Assembly (NCBI GenBank): GCA_016840405.1
Contig: JAEOSK010000001.1
Span: 40,952-104,951 of the forward strand
Length of the DNA stretch: 64,000 nt
Source: Candidatus Hermodarchaeum yapensis
GTDB lineage: Archaea > Asgardarchaeota > Hermodarchaeia > Hermodarchaeales > Hermodarchaeaceae
Direction: 5' to 3'
Part shown: in pieces, positions 46,282 through 55,282 of the stretch
Numbering within the stretch: position 1 is the stretch's first letter
How the letters are laid out: each line of letters starts with the position of its first letter
Notes under the pieces: generated by a model
Told to the model about the DNA's origin: nothing
What the model saw: the letters and a program-made list of their open reading frames with translations, nothing else
The model's database searches: none
Translations under genes and position numbers: made by a program

Positions 46282-47940
46282 TTATGCAGGAAAGTGACGG
46301 TATTTCAGGTAAGTTAATGCTTCGTAGAAGTATTTTCCACCAAACACACCACTCGTTTTCAGGCCACCGAGGTGTGGGAAGAACGTGTCGAAGTGAAGAT
46401 GATCAGAGTTAATGGCTACTCCTGGTGCTTCAATTTCGTCGAAGAAACGTTGCCAAATTGTTGGATCTTCGCTGTACACCGAAGTTCGAATACCGTATGG
46501 TGTATTATTCGCCTGATTCATTGCCTCTTCAAAAGTGCGAATCTTCATGATAGGCAACACAGGCCCAAAGGTCTCTTGATACCATATCTGACACTCGAGG
46601 GGCACATCACTAAGAATAGTAGGCTTGTAAAAAAGGCCCGCCTCATCACGTTCTCCGGAGACGTTAATTCGATAGCCACCTACTTCTAATTTAGCTCCTT
46701 TTTTCAAAGCCTCTTGGGTCATATCAATCACTTGATACAATGCCCTACTCCCAACGATGGGTAAATCGGTTTTAGGATCTGCTGGAATGCCTGGCTGCAA
46801 TTGTTCACTTTCCTCGACTAGAGCTTTGATGAATTCATCATAGATGGCTTCGTGGAGAAAGAGCCGTTTGGCAGCAAGACAAATTTGTCCTGAACCAAAG
46901 AACCTCGCTTGTGTCACAAAGTTGGCTACTTTATCAATGTCAACATCTTTCCATACGAGGCTGGCTCCACTTCCAGCAAGTTCAGGTACAAAATGTATTC
47001 CTCGCTTAATCGCCTGCCCCATTAACTGTAATCCAATTTGTGAATCACCATAGTAGACCATTGCATTCAGTGGTGCTTCGTTCACCATATACTGGGCTAT
47101 TGGTCTAGCAGGTCCAATAACGGCTTGAAATGCGCTAACTGGAAAGTCTAGCGTTTTCATGGCATCACGGAGAACATAGGCAAGTTCCATATTCGTCAAT
47201 GGCATCCGGGCAGGAGTTCGGGTCACATTTGCGTTCCCAGCATAGTAGGAACTTACAATCGCCGTAAATCCAAGGCCTAATGCTGCGTTGTAAGGTGGGA
47301 AAATACCGACTGCACCGAAGGGATACCTTGTTAGAATGGTCCTCTCTCCCTCGATGGAACAGGGGATTTCTTTTGGGCCTAATCGTTCAGTTATGAACTC
47401 TGCTTTTTCTTTGCAAAGCGTTTTGAAGACTTTTGTTGTCTGCCAGTCAAATAATTTGACAGGTGTCCCCTCAGCAATTCCAATTTTCTTAAACTCTTCA
47501 TAATGTTTCCACATGAAATCATGTAATGAGAGGATGCTTTCCATTCGGTCCTGAAGGCTCAATCCTTTCCCGTTTTCTTCGAGTTCACGGTGCATTAATC
47601 CACGAATTTGGGCTGCTTCTTCACAAGCCTCAGCTGTTTCTTTCACTCCCCCAATGGCATACTCAGCAAAAATAATCTCATCAATTTCTTCTTTCTTTGC
47701 TTTGGGGTACCCATGGACACGAATGTGATCTTTGAGCAAACGAATTTCAGGAACTTTTTCTGGTAGCATTCCAGTGAAGTATCGTGCCGCAAATTGATTC
47801 AGAGAACTCTGATCCCGTAAAGCCATTGCAAAGAGAATTCGGGGATCACCAATCGCCTTATTCATATCAGGAAATTTTCCAATACGTCCCTCATCGGGTT
47901 GGGATATTTCACCCTTTATCAGGTGCCCAAAGAATTGCAT
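46282..47940 (-). CDS. aldehyde dehydrogenase family protein with N-terminal extension
   Basis: catalytic Cys motif GQICLAAKR, E-L-A-G-S, 552 aa. Confidence 0.75.
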   Translation of the reverse strand: MQFFGHLIKGEISQPDEGRIGKFPDMNKAIGDPRILFAMALRDQSSLNQFAARYFTGMLPEKVPEIRLLKDHIRVHGYPKAKKEEIDEIIFAEYAIGGVKETAEACEEAAQIRGLMHRELEENGKGLSLQDRMESILSLHDFMWKHYEEFKKIGIAEGTPVKLFDWQTTKVFKTLCKEKAEFITERLGPKEIPCSIEGERTILTRYPFGAVGIFPPYNAALGLGFTAIVSSYYAGNANVTRTPARMPLTNMELAYVLRDAMKTLDFPVSAFQAVIGPARPIAQYMVNEAPLNAMVYYGDSQIGLQLMGQAIKRGIHFVPELAGSGASLVWKDVDIDKVANFVTQARFFGSGQICLAAKRLFLHEAIYDEFIKALVEESEQLQPGIPADPKTDLPIVGSRALYQVIDMTQEALKKGAKLEVGGYRINVSGERDEAGLFYKPTILSDVPLECQIWYQETFGPVLPIMKIRTFEEAMNQANNTPYGIRTSVYSEDPTIWQRFFDEIEAPGVAINSDHLHFDTFFPHLGGLKTSGVFGGKYFYEALTYLKYRHFPA

Positions 47941-48085
47941 GATAAAACGCCTTCTAGTTGTTGGTGGAATGTTGCGAGTTTGATAGAAGCTCGAAAGTAC
48001 CTGTTCTTATGCATATCACTTACTCAAGAATTCTGCTTTCATCAGAACAGCTTTAATTGTTGAAAAAGGTAATCCTAACAGTTCC

Positions 48086-50152
48086 TTGAAAAACCCTAAC
48101 TTGACAGGTGGAATTCGTGAAATGACGCTCACCAACGATGATGAATTAATTTACACGTCTGACGAACTTGAATTTCGTTCACATGTGCGTGAATTTGTAA
48201 ATCGTGAAATCAAGCCCTTGGTCAAGCAGATTGAAGAAAGGAATTTCGATTATCGTGGGTTTTTCAAAAAAATCGCTGACGCTGGGTTTTCAGGGTTGTT
48301 ACTTCCCGAAAAGTATGGTGGGTCCAACAAGTCCTTGATGTATCAACTTATTGCAGGGGAAGAAATCTCAGCTGTATCGCCATCTGCCTTGATGATGTTC
48401 GGAGCAAGTTGCATGTTGAGTGCAGTTCCTATACTCCGATTTGGCTCAGATGAGCTAAAACAGCGATACCTTGTTCCCTTAGCCAAAGGTGAATCGATTG
48501 GGGCTTTAGCAGTAACAGAACCTGCTGTGGGAAGTGATACTGCTGGAATGGAGACTCGCGCTGTTTGGAGTGAAAAGGAGAACTGTTGGATTCTCAATGG
48601 TGAAAAACGCTATATCACTAATGGGAGCATCGCTGACCAAATCATAGTCTTCGCAATTACTGATCCCAAAGTTGACAGCAAAAGTGGAATGTCTGCATTC
48701 ATCATCGAATCAGCATGGAAAGGATTCTCTGTGGAAAGAGATTATTCACTGATGGGACGGGGAGGAAGTTACGCATCACATATCCGATTTGAAAACCTGA
48801 AAGTGCCCAAAGAAAATCTACTCGGTAAGCTCAACCAAGGCTTTCTCATCCTTATGGATGAATTAGATACAGAAAGGATCGGTATTGCCGCTGAAGCACT
48901 CGGTTGTATGCGAACTCCCTTCGAAATCGCTGTCACTTATTCACAAGAACGTGTTCAATTTGACCGACCCATCTCTCGATTCGAAGGAATATCTTTCAAA
49001 GTTGCAGACATGGCCACCAAAATGCGTGCGGCCCGGCTCCTAATCGTGGCTGCAGCCCGAATGGTTGATCAAGGACTCCCCTGCACTAAAGAAGCCACCA
49101 TGGCAAAACTCTTTGCTACCGAAGCAGCCGTCGAAGTGTGTGATCTCGCCATCCAAATCTGTGGTGGCGCAGGGTATGTCAAAGACTACTTCCCCTTGGA
49201 GCAGTTCTACCGCGATGCTCGTCTTGGAACCATTGGTGGTGGCACATCCGAAATCATGCGGTTTCTCATTCAACGAGAAGTGTATATTGAAGACAAACGC
49301 AGTAAAGCCCGGGCACAGGTCATGCCAGAGGTAGAAGAACTTGACTTCGATACACTCATGACAGCAATTCCGAATGGCTTTCGTTCTGAACGCGCCGAAG
49401 GTGTAACCGCTAAAATTCAGTTCCTTTTTCCTGATCAAACCCCTTGGCTGATATCAATCAAGGATCAAGAGTGCAGTATCAAAAAGAAACAAATCAAAAA
49501 TCCAACAATGACCGTGAAAACCGATTCTAATACGTGGAGAAGTATCCTTCTTGGGAAGCTTGATGCCATGCAAGCGATGACGACAAGCAAAATCGTCATT
49601 GACACTGATGATATGGATTTATTATTGAAATTTGCCCGCATGTTTCGGTTCACACCCGAAATCCTTCAAGATATCACTGCTAAATCCATACGCCCTCCGA
49701 AAACACCAGATAGAAGCGAATCAGAATTTAAGCTAGGTAAGAGCCTGAATGAAATCAAAATCGGCGAGAAGGCACAAGGATCAATGAAGGTTACAGCCGA
49801 GCATATTGAATGGTACGCCAAACTATCAGGTGACTATAATCCTCTCCATTTCAACGACGATTATGCCGCTACGACTATCTTTGGTCGACGAATCGCACAT
49901 GGTCCAATTGGAGGCGCCCTAGTCGCTCAAATTCTTGGCATGCAATTACCGGGCTTGGGCACACTGGCTTACAATATGAAGGTGAATTTCACTGCTCCTG
50001 TTTTTCCGGGGGATGAAATCACTGCCATAGTCGAAGCCACAGAAAAAGTGCCAAAGAAAAACCTGCTCCGACTTAGCTTCAATGTAGTAAATCAAAATGG
50101 ACTCGAAGTGATGAACGGCTACGCTAATGTTCTCCCACCACTCAAAGAGTAG
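48086..50152 (+). CDS. tri-domain fusion: acyl-CoA dehydrogenase + SCP2 sterol-carrier domain + MaoC-like (R)-hydratase hot-dog domain
   Basis: ACAD motifs IQICGGAGY and GTSEIMR; SCP2-like KIQFLFPDQ...KIVIDTDDMDLLLKF; MaoC motif YNPLHFNDDYAATTIFGRRIAHG. Confidence 0.7.
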   Translation: MKNPNLTGGIREMTLTNDDELIYTSDELEFRSHVREFVNREIKPLVKQIEERNFDYRGFFKKIADAGFSGLLLPEKYGGSNKSLMYQLIAGEEISAVSPSALMMFGASCMLSAVPILRFGSDELKQRYLVPLAKGESIGALAVTEPAVGSDTAGMETRAVWSEKENCWILNGEKRYITNGSIADQIIVFAITDPKVDSKSGMSAFIIESAWKGFSVERDYSLMGRGGSYASHIRFENLKVPKENLLGKLNQGFLILMDELDTERIGIAAEALGCMRTPFEIAVTYSQERVQFDRPISRFEGISFKVADMATKMRAARLLIVAAARMVDQGLPCTKEATMAKLFATEAAVEVCDLAIQICGGAGYVKDYFPLEQFYRDARLGTIGGGTSEIMRFLIQREVYIEDKRSKARAQVMPEVEELDFDTLMTAIPNGFRSERAEGVTAKIQFLFPDQTPWLISIKDQECSIKKKQIKNPTMTVKTDSNTWRSILLGKLDAMQAMTTSKIVIDTDDMDLLLKFARMFRFTPEILQDITAKSIRPPKTPDRSESEFKLGKSLNEIKIGEKAQGSMKVTAEHIEWYAKLSGDYNPLHFNDDYAATTIFGRRIAHGPIGGALVAQILGMQLPGLGTLAYNMKVNFTAPVFPGDEITAIVEATEKVPKKNLLRLSFNVVNQNGLEVMNGYANVLPPLKE

Positions 50153-50210
50153 AATCGGTTTTTAACGAAATCTACACACAAAAGACATTGGTTCTCTTCT
50201 GAAAATTTAG

Positions 50211-52124
50211 CTATGATGGAAGTACTCCTTGGGATTTCAAATCCTTTGCAATATCCTCGAGTCCTAACGTTTGAAGTGTATTATAAGTAGGAATTCCCGT
50301 CTTAACATCCCAATCATAGAGTGTATAGTATTCATCGAGCATAGGCTCCAAATCAACCGTCTGTCCTTTGCTAGGACCACTGGGAAATGGTTCATGTGTA
50401 AAACGACGGGGTAAACGATCATCTTTACGACTAATGCCTTCACGAACGTTAAAGCATCGTTTCAATGTCACTAGGCGTGCTCCAATATGCATCATTTCCT
50501 CGATACTATCAAAGGCAGGTTCACCTGTCACCGCGGCTAGAAGTGGAGCGAAATCTTCAACCCAAAATATGGGTGGCCATGAACAGGTATACCAACACAC
50601 AATTAGGCTATCGCGAATGGCGTACACTTTTTCAGTTACTACGGTGGCTAGGGCTTTGTGGGTTTCGACGTATGGATCACAGATTTCTGGGAGTTTGTCC
50701 TCTCCAAAACGTTCTGCTGCGACTTCTTTGTAGGCCAGCTGATCCATCGTCACAAGGTTTCGTAAATGATCAGCACCTCGAGCTGAAACGGCATGGCCTA
50801 ACGCCATGGATCGATGGGCTCGTCCATCTTGTCCGGAAATCTCCATACCCTTGACCGTCATATCATAAGGTTCAGCTGTGGCACCCTTTTTCTTTGCAAT
50901 TCGATGGCTCCCTTCAGCTGCAAGATCACCCAAACCTTTTCGTTCTGCTATTGCCTGAATCAGCTGAACAAGGCCCTCCTTATTGCCCCATTGAATATCC
51001 AATTCTCTTCGTTCTTCTTCGGATAGAAGTCCATGTTCTGCCAATTCCATAAGAAATGCAGCTGTACAGCCTGCGCTGATAACATCTAATCCATATTCAT
51101 TGCACAAGTGCTGTGTTTGCAAAATAGTTGGAATATCATCAATTCCCACATTACTCCCCATTGCCATAATACCCTCATATTCCGGTCCCTCAGTAATGAG
51201 TCCCTTATAGGGGCCTTCCTCTACTTTGAATGCCTTCTTACAAGCTAACCGACACGTAGCACAGGCTCGTGTGGTGTGATAATAGTTGTCGTGAAAGGTT
51301 TCGGCGGAAATCCGGTCCCATCCCTCATAGACTCCTTCTCGGTGGTTATAGGTTGGTAATTCTCCGATACTTTGTTTGGTTGCTACCAGAATAGGTGTAC
51401 CATATTTTCGCATTTCCAAGGCTTGGGGATTTTCTTGGACTCGCTGGTGTCCTTCTTCCCATAGCGCTTTGAATCGTTGGGGATCTGCCACGTCAACACT
51501 CCCGGTTCCCCGCACCACGATGGCTTTCAGCTTCTTACTTCCCATCACCGCTCCCAGTCCTGTACGCCCTGCCGCGCGAGCTCCATCCACCATAATCGCT
51601 GAATATTTTACCAGGTTTTCTCCACCCGGACCAATTAGGGCCACATGACCATGCTGCTGTTTTAGATCTTTTCGCAGTCCTTTTGAAGCTTTGAGTGTTT
51701 TTTGCCCCCAGTAGGGGATTCCAGAATGAAACTCAACCTTTTCATCTACAATAGAGAGTACTGTAGGCTTCTCAGCTTGTCCCCCAATAATGATGAAATC
51801 ATACCCCGCATATTTGATTTCAGGTCCTAGATGGCCCCCGACATGACTTTCCGCCCAAATACCCGTAAGCGGCGATTTACTCACCACCGCCATGCGACCC
51901 GCAGTCGGCCACACCGTGCCAGTAGCTGGACCCGTACAGAAATACAACTTATTCTCAGGGCCCAACGGATCAACGCCCTTTGGAATCTCATGGTAAAGGA
52001 GGTGCCCAGCATAACCCGTTCCTCCAATGAACCGACGTGCGAGATCCTGAGAGGTAGACTCGGTGGTAACCTTCTGACTAGTCAAATCGATGCGAAGAAT
52101 CTTACCCGCGTAGCCTTTGTACAT
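50211..52124 (-). CDS. aor: tungsten-type aldehyde:ferredoxin oxidoreductase
   Basis: N-term MYKGYAGKILRIDLT, 637 aa AOR architecture. Confidence 0.85.
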   Translation of the reverse strand: MYKGYAGKILRIDLTSQKVTTESTSQDLARRFIGGTGYAGHLLYHEIPKGVDPLGPENKLYFCTGPATGTVWPTAGRMAVVSKSPLTGIWAESHVGGHLGPEIKYAGYDFIIIGGQAEKPTVLSIVDEKVEFHSGIPYWGQKTLKASKGLRKDLKQQHGHVALIGPGGENLVKYSAIMVDGARAAGRTGLGAVMGSKKLKAIVVRGTGSVDVADPQRFKALWEEGHQRVQENPQALEMRKYGTPILVATKQSIGELPTYNHREGVYEGWDRISAETFHDNYYHTTRACATCRLACKKAFKVEEGPYKGLITEGPEYEGIMAMGSNVGIDDIPTILQTQHLCNEYGLDVISAGCTAAFLMELAEHGLLSEEERRELDIQWGNKEGLVQLIQAIAERKGLGDLAAEGSHRIAKKKGATAEPYDMTVKGMEISGQDGRAHRSMALGHAVSARGADHLRNLVTMDQLAYKEVAAERFGEDKLPEICDPYVETHKALATVVTEKVYAIRDSLIVCWYTCSWPPIFWVEDFAPLLAAVTGEPAFDSIEEMMHIGARLVTLKRCFNVREGISRKDDRLPRRFTHEPFPSGPSKGQTVDLEPMLDEYYTLYDWDVKTGIPTYNTLQTLGLEDIAKDLKSQGVLPS

Positions 52125-52125
52125 C

Positions 52126-52656
52126 CTACTTACCTCCCTGCCGATCTAGCGGCAGCTCCTTTTGTTGAAGAAAGAATTCCAAGGCCTCCATCATCTCCCC
52201 TACACCGAATTCGCCTTCAACCAGATTATCAGTGTACACTAGCGCTTCCGTAGGGCAGAACTTGACACATTGTGGGTCTCCACCACAAAGGTCACATTTC
52301 AAGGGAAACTGCGTATCCTCATCCAGGCGAATCGCCAGCTTCTGTTCTGAAGCCACTGCATCCAGTCCTATGACACAAGCACTCACACATGAGCCACACT
52401 GAATGCACAAGTCCTGATCAACTACGACAGCATTTGTCTCCGCATCACGGGAAATGGCTTCTTCTGGACATGCTTCAAGACATGGGGCATCAGCACACTG
52501 CTGACAAACCACGGGCACATCCTGAACCGTCTCATCAAAAGACAGAACGTGAATGCGTGCCTTACTGGGCTGAAATCGCTCTTCATGTTGCTCACTACAT
52601 GTCAATTCACAAACACGGCATCCAGAACATCGATTGGGAATCACAGCAACCCGCAA
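52126..52656 (-). CDS. poly-[4Fe-4S] ferredoxin-domain protein, co-transcribed with aor
   Basis: several CxxCxxCxxxCP motifs; start/stop adjacent to aor. Confidence 0.75.
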   Translation of the reverse strand: MRVAVIPNRCSGCRVCELTCSEQHEERFQPSKARIHVLSFDETVQDVPVVCQQCADAPCLEACPEEAISRDAETNAVVVDQDLCIQCGSCVSACVIGLDAVASEQKLAIRLDEDTQFPLKCDLCGGDPQCVKFCPTEALVYTDNLVEGEFGVGEMMEALEFFLQQKELPLDRQGGK

Positions 52657-53002
52657 AATCCATCACAAACCAGGTAAAATCCTCACCTAGAGGGCTCTGA
52701 TGTGTCAAAAAAAGCTTATGAATCAACCTCGCTAATTGGTTTTTACCCCCGTCTCTTCTTTTTTATACAAGAAAATAGACTTGGTGCATTTCAGTCAAAG
52801 CGGAATACCTCAATGAATCTACAAGAAAAAGAGCCGCTAAACCTATCCAAAACTAAACGGAACCGTCTAAAATTCCAATAAATGATATGACTCGTTAACC
52901 ACAAATTTTAGGAAATCTCATCTCTGCCACCGAACAGTTTTTTAGAGTCCGACCGTAAACCCAAGAATAGAACAGAGCAAGTACAGCGGGAAGCGCGCAA
53001 CC

Positions 53003-53548
53003 GTGGAAGACGAAGGCATCATGCTCAAACTCGTCATCGCAGGCGAAGGCGGTGTGGGCAAAACCACAATGGTCCGACGATACGTCGAAGGCACATACCA
53101 CGATTCAATTCTTACCGTAGGCGCTGCTTTTGCGGCAAAGCGATTAATTGTGAATAATAGTAGGGAGCAGACGGGTGTTAAATTACAGATTTGGGATTTT
53201 GGTGGGGAGAAGCGGTTTCGGTTTTTATTGCCGAAGTTTTGCCTTGGGGCGCGTGGGGCGATGCTTGCCTTTGATTTGAATCGGTTTAGTACGTTTTTGA
53301 AGCTTGATCAGTGGCTTGAGCTTATCCGGGATAACACCGAAGAGATTCCCGTCGTGTTAATCGGGATGAAGGCGGATTTGCAGCGGGCGATTGAACAAAA
53401 GGAAGTTGTCAATTTCGCGAAGACCCATAACTTGAAAGCATATTTTGAGACGAGTTCAAAGGATGATTTGAATGTCACTCCTGCCTTTGAGTATATTGCA
53501 AAAGAAATGCTGGAGTATGTCCAGCAACGCGTCAATAAATCCGCATAG
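53003..53548 (+). CDS. stand-alone small Ras/Rab-like GTPase with divergent G3 (DFGGE) and G4 (MKAD) motifs
   Basis: G1 GEGGVGKTT, G3 WDFGGEKRF (Gln replaced by Glu), G4 GMKADL (Asn replaced by Met). Confidence 0.7.
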   Translation: MEDEGIMLKLVIAGEGGVGKTTMVRRYVEGTYHDSILTVGAAFAAKRLIVNNSREQTGVKLQIWDFGGEKRFRFLLPKFCLGARGAMLAFDLNRFSTFLKLDQWLELIRDNTEEIPVVLIGMKADLQRAIEQKEVVNFAKTHNLKAYFETSSKDDLNVTPAFEYIAKEMLEYVQQRVNKSA

Positions 53549-53694
53549 GATAACAATGATGTTGGGAGAAAGCCCTTGACTTCAGTCGTGGAATGAACTC
53601 CTCCGCAACCCGTGATATACAACACTTCTCTCCACCCCCCAACGGTTTAAATCCCCTCACCATGAAATCCCCCTTCACATGACTGAACAGGTGA

Positions 53695-54888
53695 ACCGGG
53701 CTCCGTCGCACCAACACAGTAACCCTCACACCCTCCGCCTCCCAACACCTACACCTCCTGCAGCTGGCCGAAGAGTGCGCCAGACTCTGGAACGAACTCA
53801 CCTACTGACGCCGCCAAGCATTTTTCCGTGGAAAAATCACCTGGGAGTGGCAGGACCTCTACGACGCCTACAAAGGTGATGTGGGCTCGGCCACCGCCCA
53901 ACAGATTGAACGCAAGAACAGTGAGGCCTGGCGTTCATTCTTCGCCCTCCTCTGATTAAAAACGAAGGGACGACTTCCATCCCATATCAACTGCGTAGGT
54001 CCACCGGGCTACTGGAAGTATCGTCGCACCAATACACGGAAGCTCATCATTATCTTTCGCTGTGATTCCTATCGATTTGACGAGGGCATATTATATCTCC
54101 CCAAAAAATTGACTGTTAAATGGCAGGGGAAGCCCAAATGGGTGGGTTGGACCAAACAGGGTCAGCTAACCATCCACTATGATAATGTTACTGGCAAGTG
54201 GTATGCCCGTCAACCAGTGGAGGTTGAACCTCCCCATCAACCGCTCTCGCATCGGAGAGCCTTTGTTGGCCTGGGCGTGATTAATTTGCTGACCGTTGCC
54301 CTGGATGGTGCGTGGCAAACGTTGGTCTACAGTGGGCGTTCGGTCTTGGCGGATTGGTGGTATCTCTCTCATCGGATTGATCGGTTGAAGTCTCTAGCAA
54401 AGACGATAAACCATCGGAAATCAACGCATCGGATCCGTCGGTTATTTCGTCGTCGTCTGCGGTTACGCCAGTATGTGAATACGGTGGTTCGTCGGGCGGT
54501 AGCTGATTTGTGGGCGCACGGTGTGTCGCAGCTGGTGGTAGGGGATCTCACTGGGATTCTGGCGGTAAAAAGTGGTGGGCGGAAGGCTCATGCGATGACA
54601 CATAATTGCTGGAGTCATCGGTATCTTATGCAACGGATCACGGAGGTGGCAGAAGAATATGGTATTGTGGTGGAACGGGTGGATGAGCGGGGCACTTCAA
54701 GTAAGTGTCCACGCTGTCGGTCGAAGCGAGTAACACGACTAGGTCGCCTGTTCAAATGCCAGGAGTGTAGATTAGAAGCTCATCGAGATGGTGTGGGCGT
54801 AGTCAACATAGGGCTTGCTCAAGGCGCAGCGTTCCCTGGGGAAGTCGTTAACGGGGCAGTGGCATGCCCTTTGGAGGTCAGTGGATGA
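53695..54888 (+). pseudogene. tnpB: TnpB (IS200/IS605 OrfB)-like gene interrupted by in-frame TGA codons (53806, 53953) with degenerate RuvC motifs
   Basis: LAEECARLWNELTY*RRQAFF...EAWRSFFALL*LKTKG...PPGYWK... C-term CPRCRSK...CQECRLEAHRDGVGVVNI zinc finger/RuvC-III; ORF track only calls 54109-54888 from TTG. Confidence 0.55.
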
Positions 54889-55280
54889 CATCCAAGAATC
54901 TCCCGGCTTTAGCCGTGGAGAGTGTCAAATTGTGACATCCTTTCCTTCCTTTTAGAAGGAGTTTCGGACTGTTCCTTGCTGTTACACTCGTCGCCGAGGC
55001 CCGTTTAGCCCAAAAATTATCAGGTTCTGATGTTGCTCCGCCCCGCACCTGCCCCTTGTTCAGGGGAATTTCTTGCACATGCCGGAGGGGGCATCATGTA
55101 CGGAGATGCAGCCCTGCCACATAATGACTGGGGCAATAGTATTCCAGTCGGGCATATTTTGAGCTGTAGCAAAAAATTCTATAAACCCCGTGATTCATCC
55201 CCAAGTACAGGTGGAGGGCTTCTCGCCGACAAGGTTAAATCAATTCTGCTTTTATTCCCTCCTTGTAATTGGTGACTTCA
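54889..55280 (+). ncRNA. candidate omega-RNA/right-end region of the TnpB element (several short hairpins)
   Basis: hairpins at ~54923-54937, 55052-55066, 55079-55094; position 3' of tnpB as in characterised TnpB guide RNAs. Confidence 0.25.
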
Positions 55281-55282
55281 CC

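Larger units (their letters stand above)
53560..55280 (+). mobile_element. decayed IS200/IS605-family element (tnpB only, no tnpA) inserted between GTPase gene and tRNA-synthetase gene
   Basis: TnpB homology plus structured ~390-nt 3' region; boundaries approximate. Confidence 0.4.

Noticed and set aside
53679-53879. 66-aa ORF (MTEQVNRAPSHQHSNPHTLRLPTPTPPAAGRRVRQ...) upstream of tnpB
   Set aside because: It is a different frame of the TnpB N-terminal region. The TnpB frame carries the recognisable motifs.
53806-53955. Possibility that TGA is recoded (Sec/Trp) rather than tnpB being a pseudogene
   Set aside because: TGA terminates many clearly complete genes in this window, for example the histone and the beta-lactamase paralog 1. 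There are four TGAs within 300 nt plus degenerate catalytic residues, which argues for decay.
55190-55282. N-terminal 31 codons of the tRNA-synthetase ORF as given in the ORF track
   Set aside because: There is no homology to aaRS N-termini and it lies in the IS right-end region. The conserved domain starts at about 55283-55295 with TTG/GTG.
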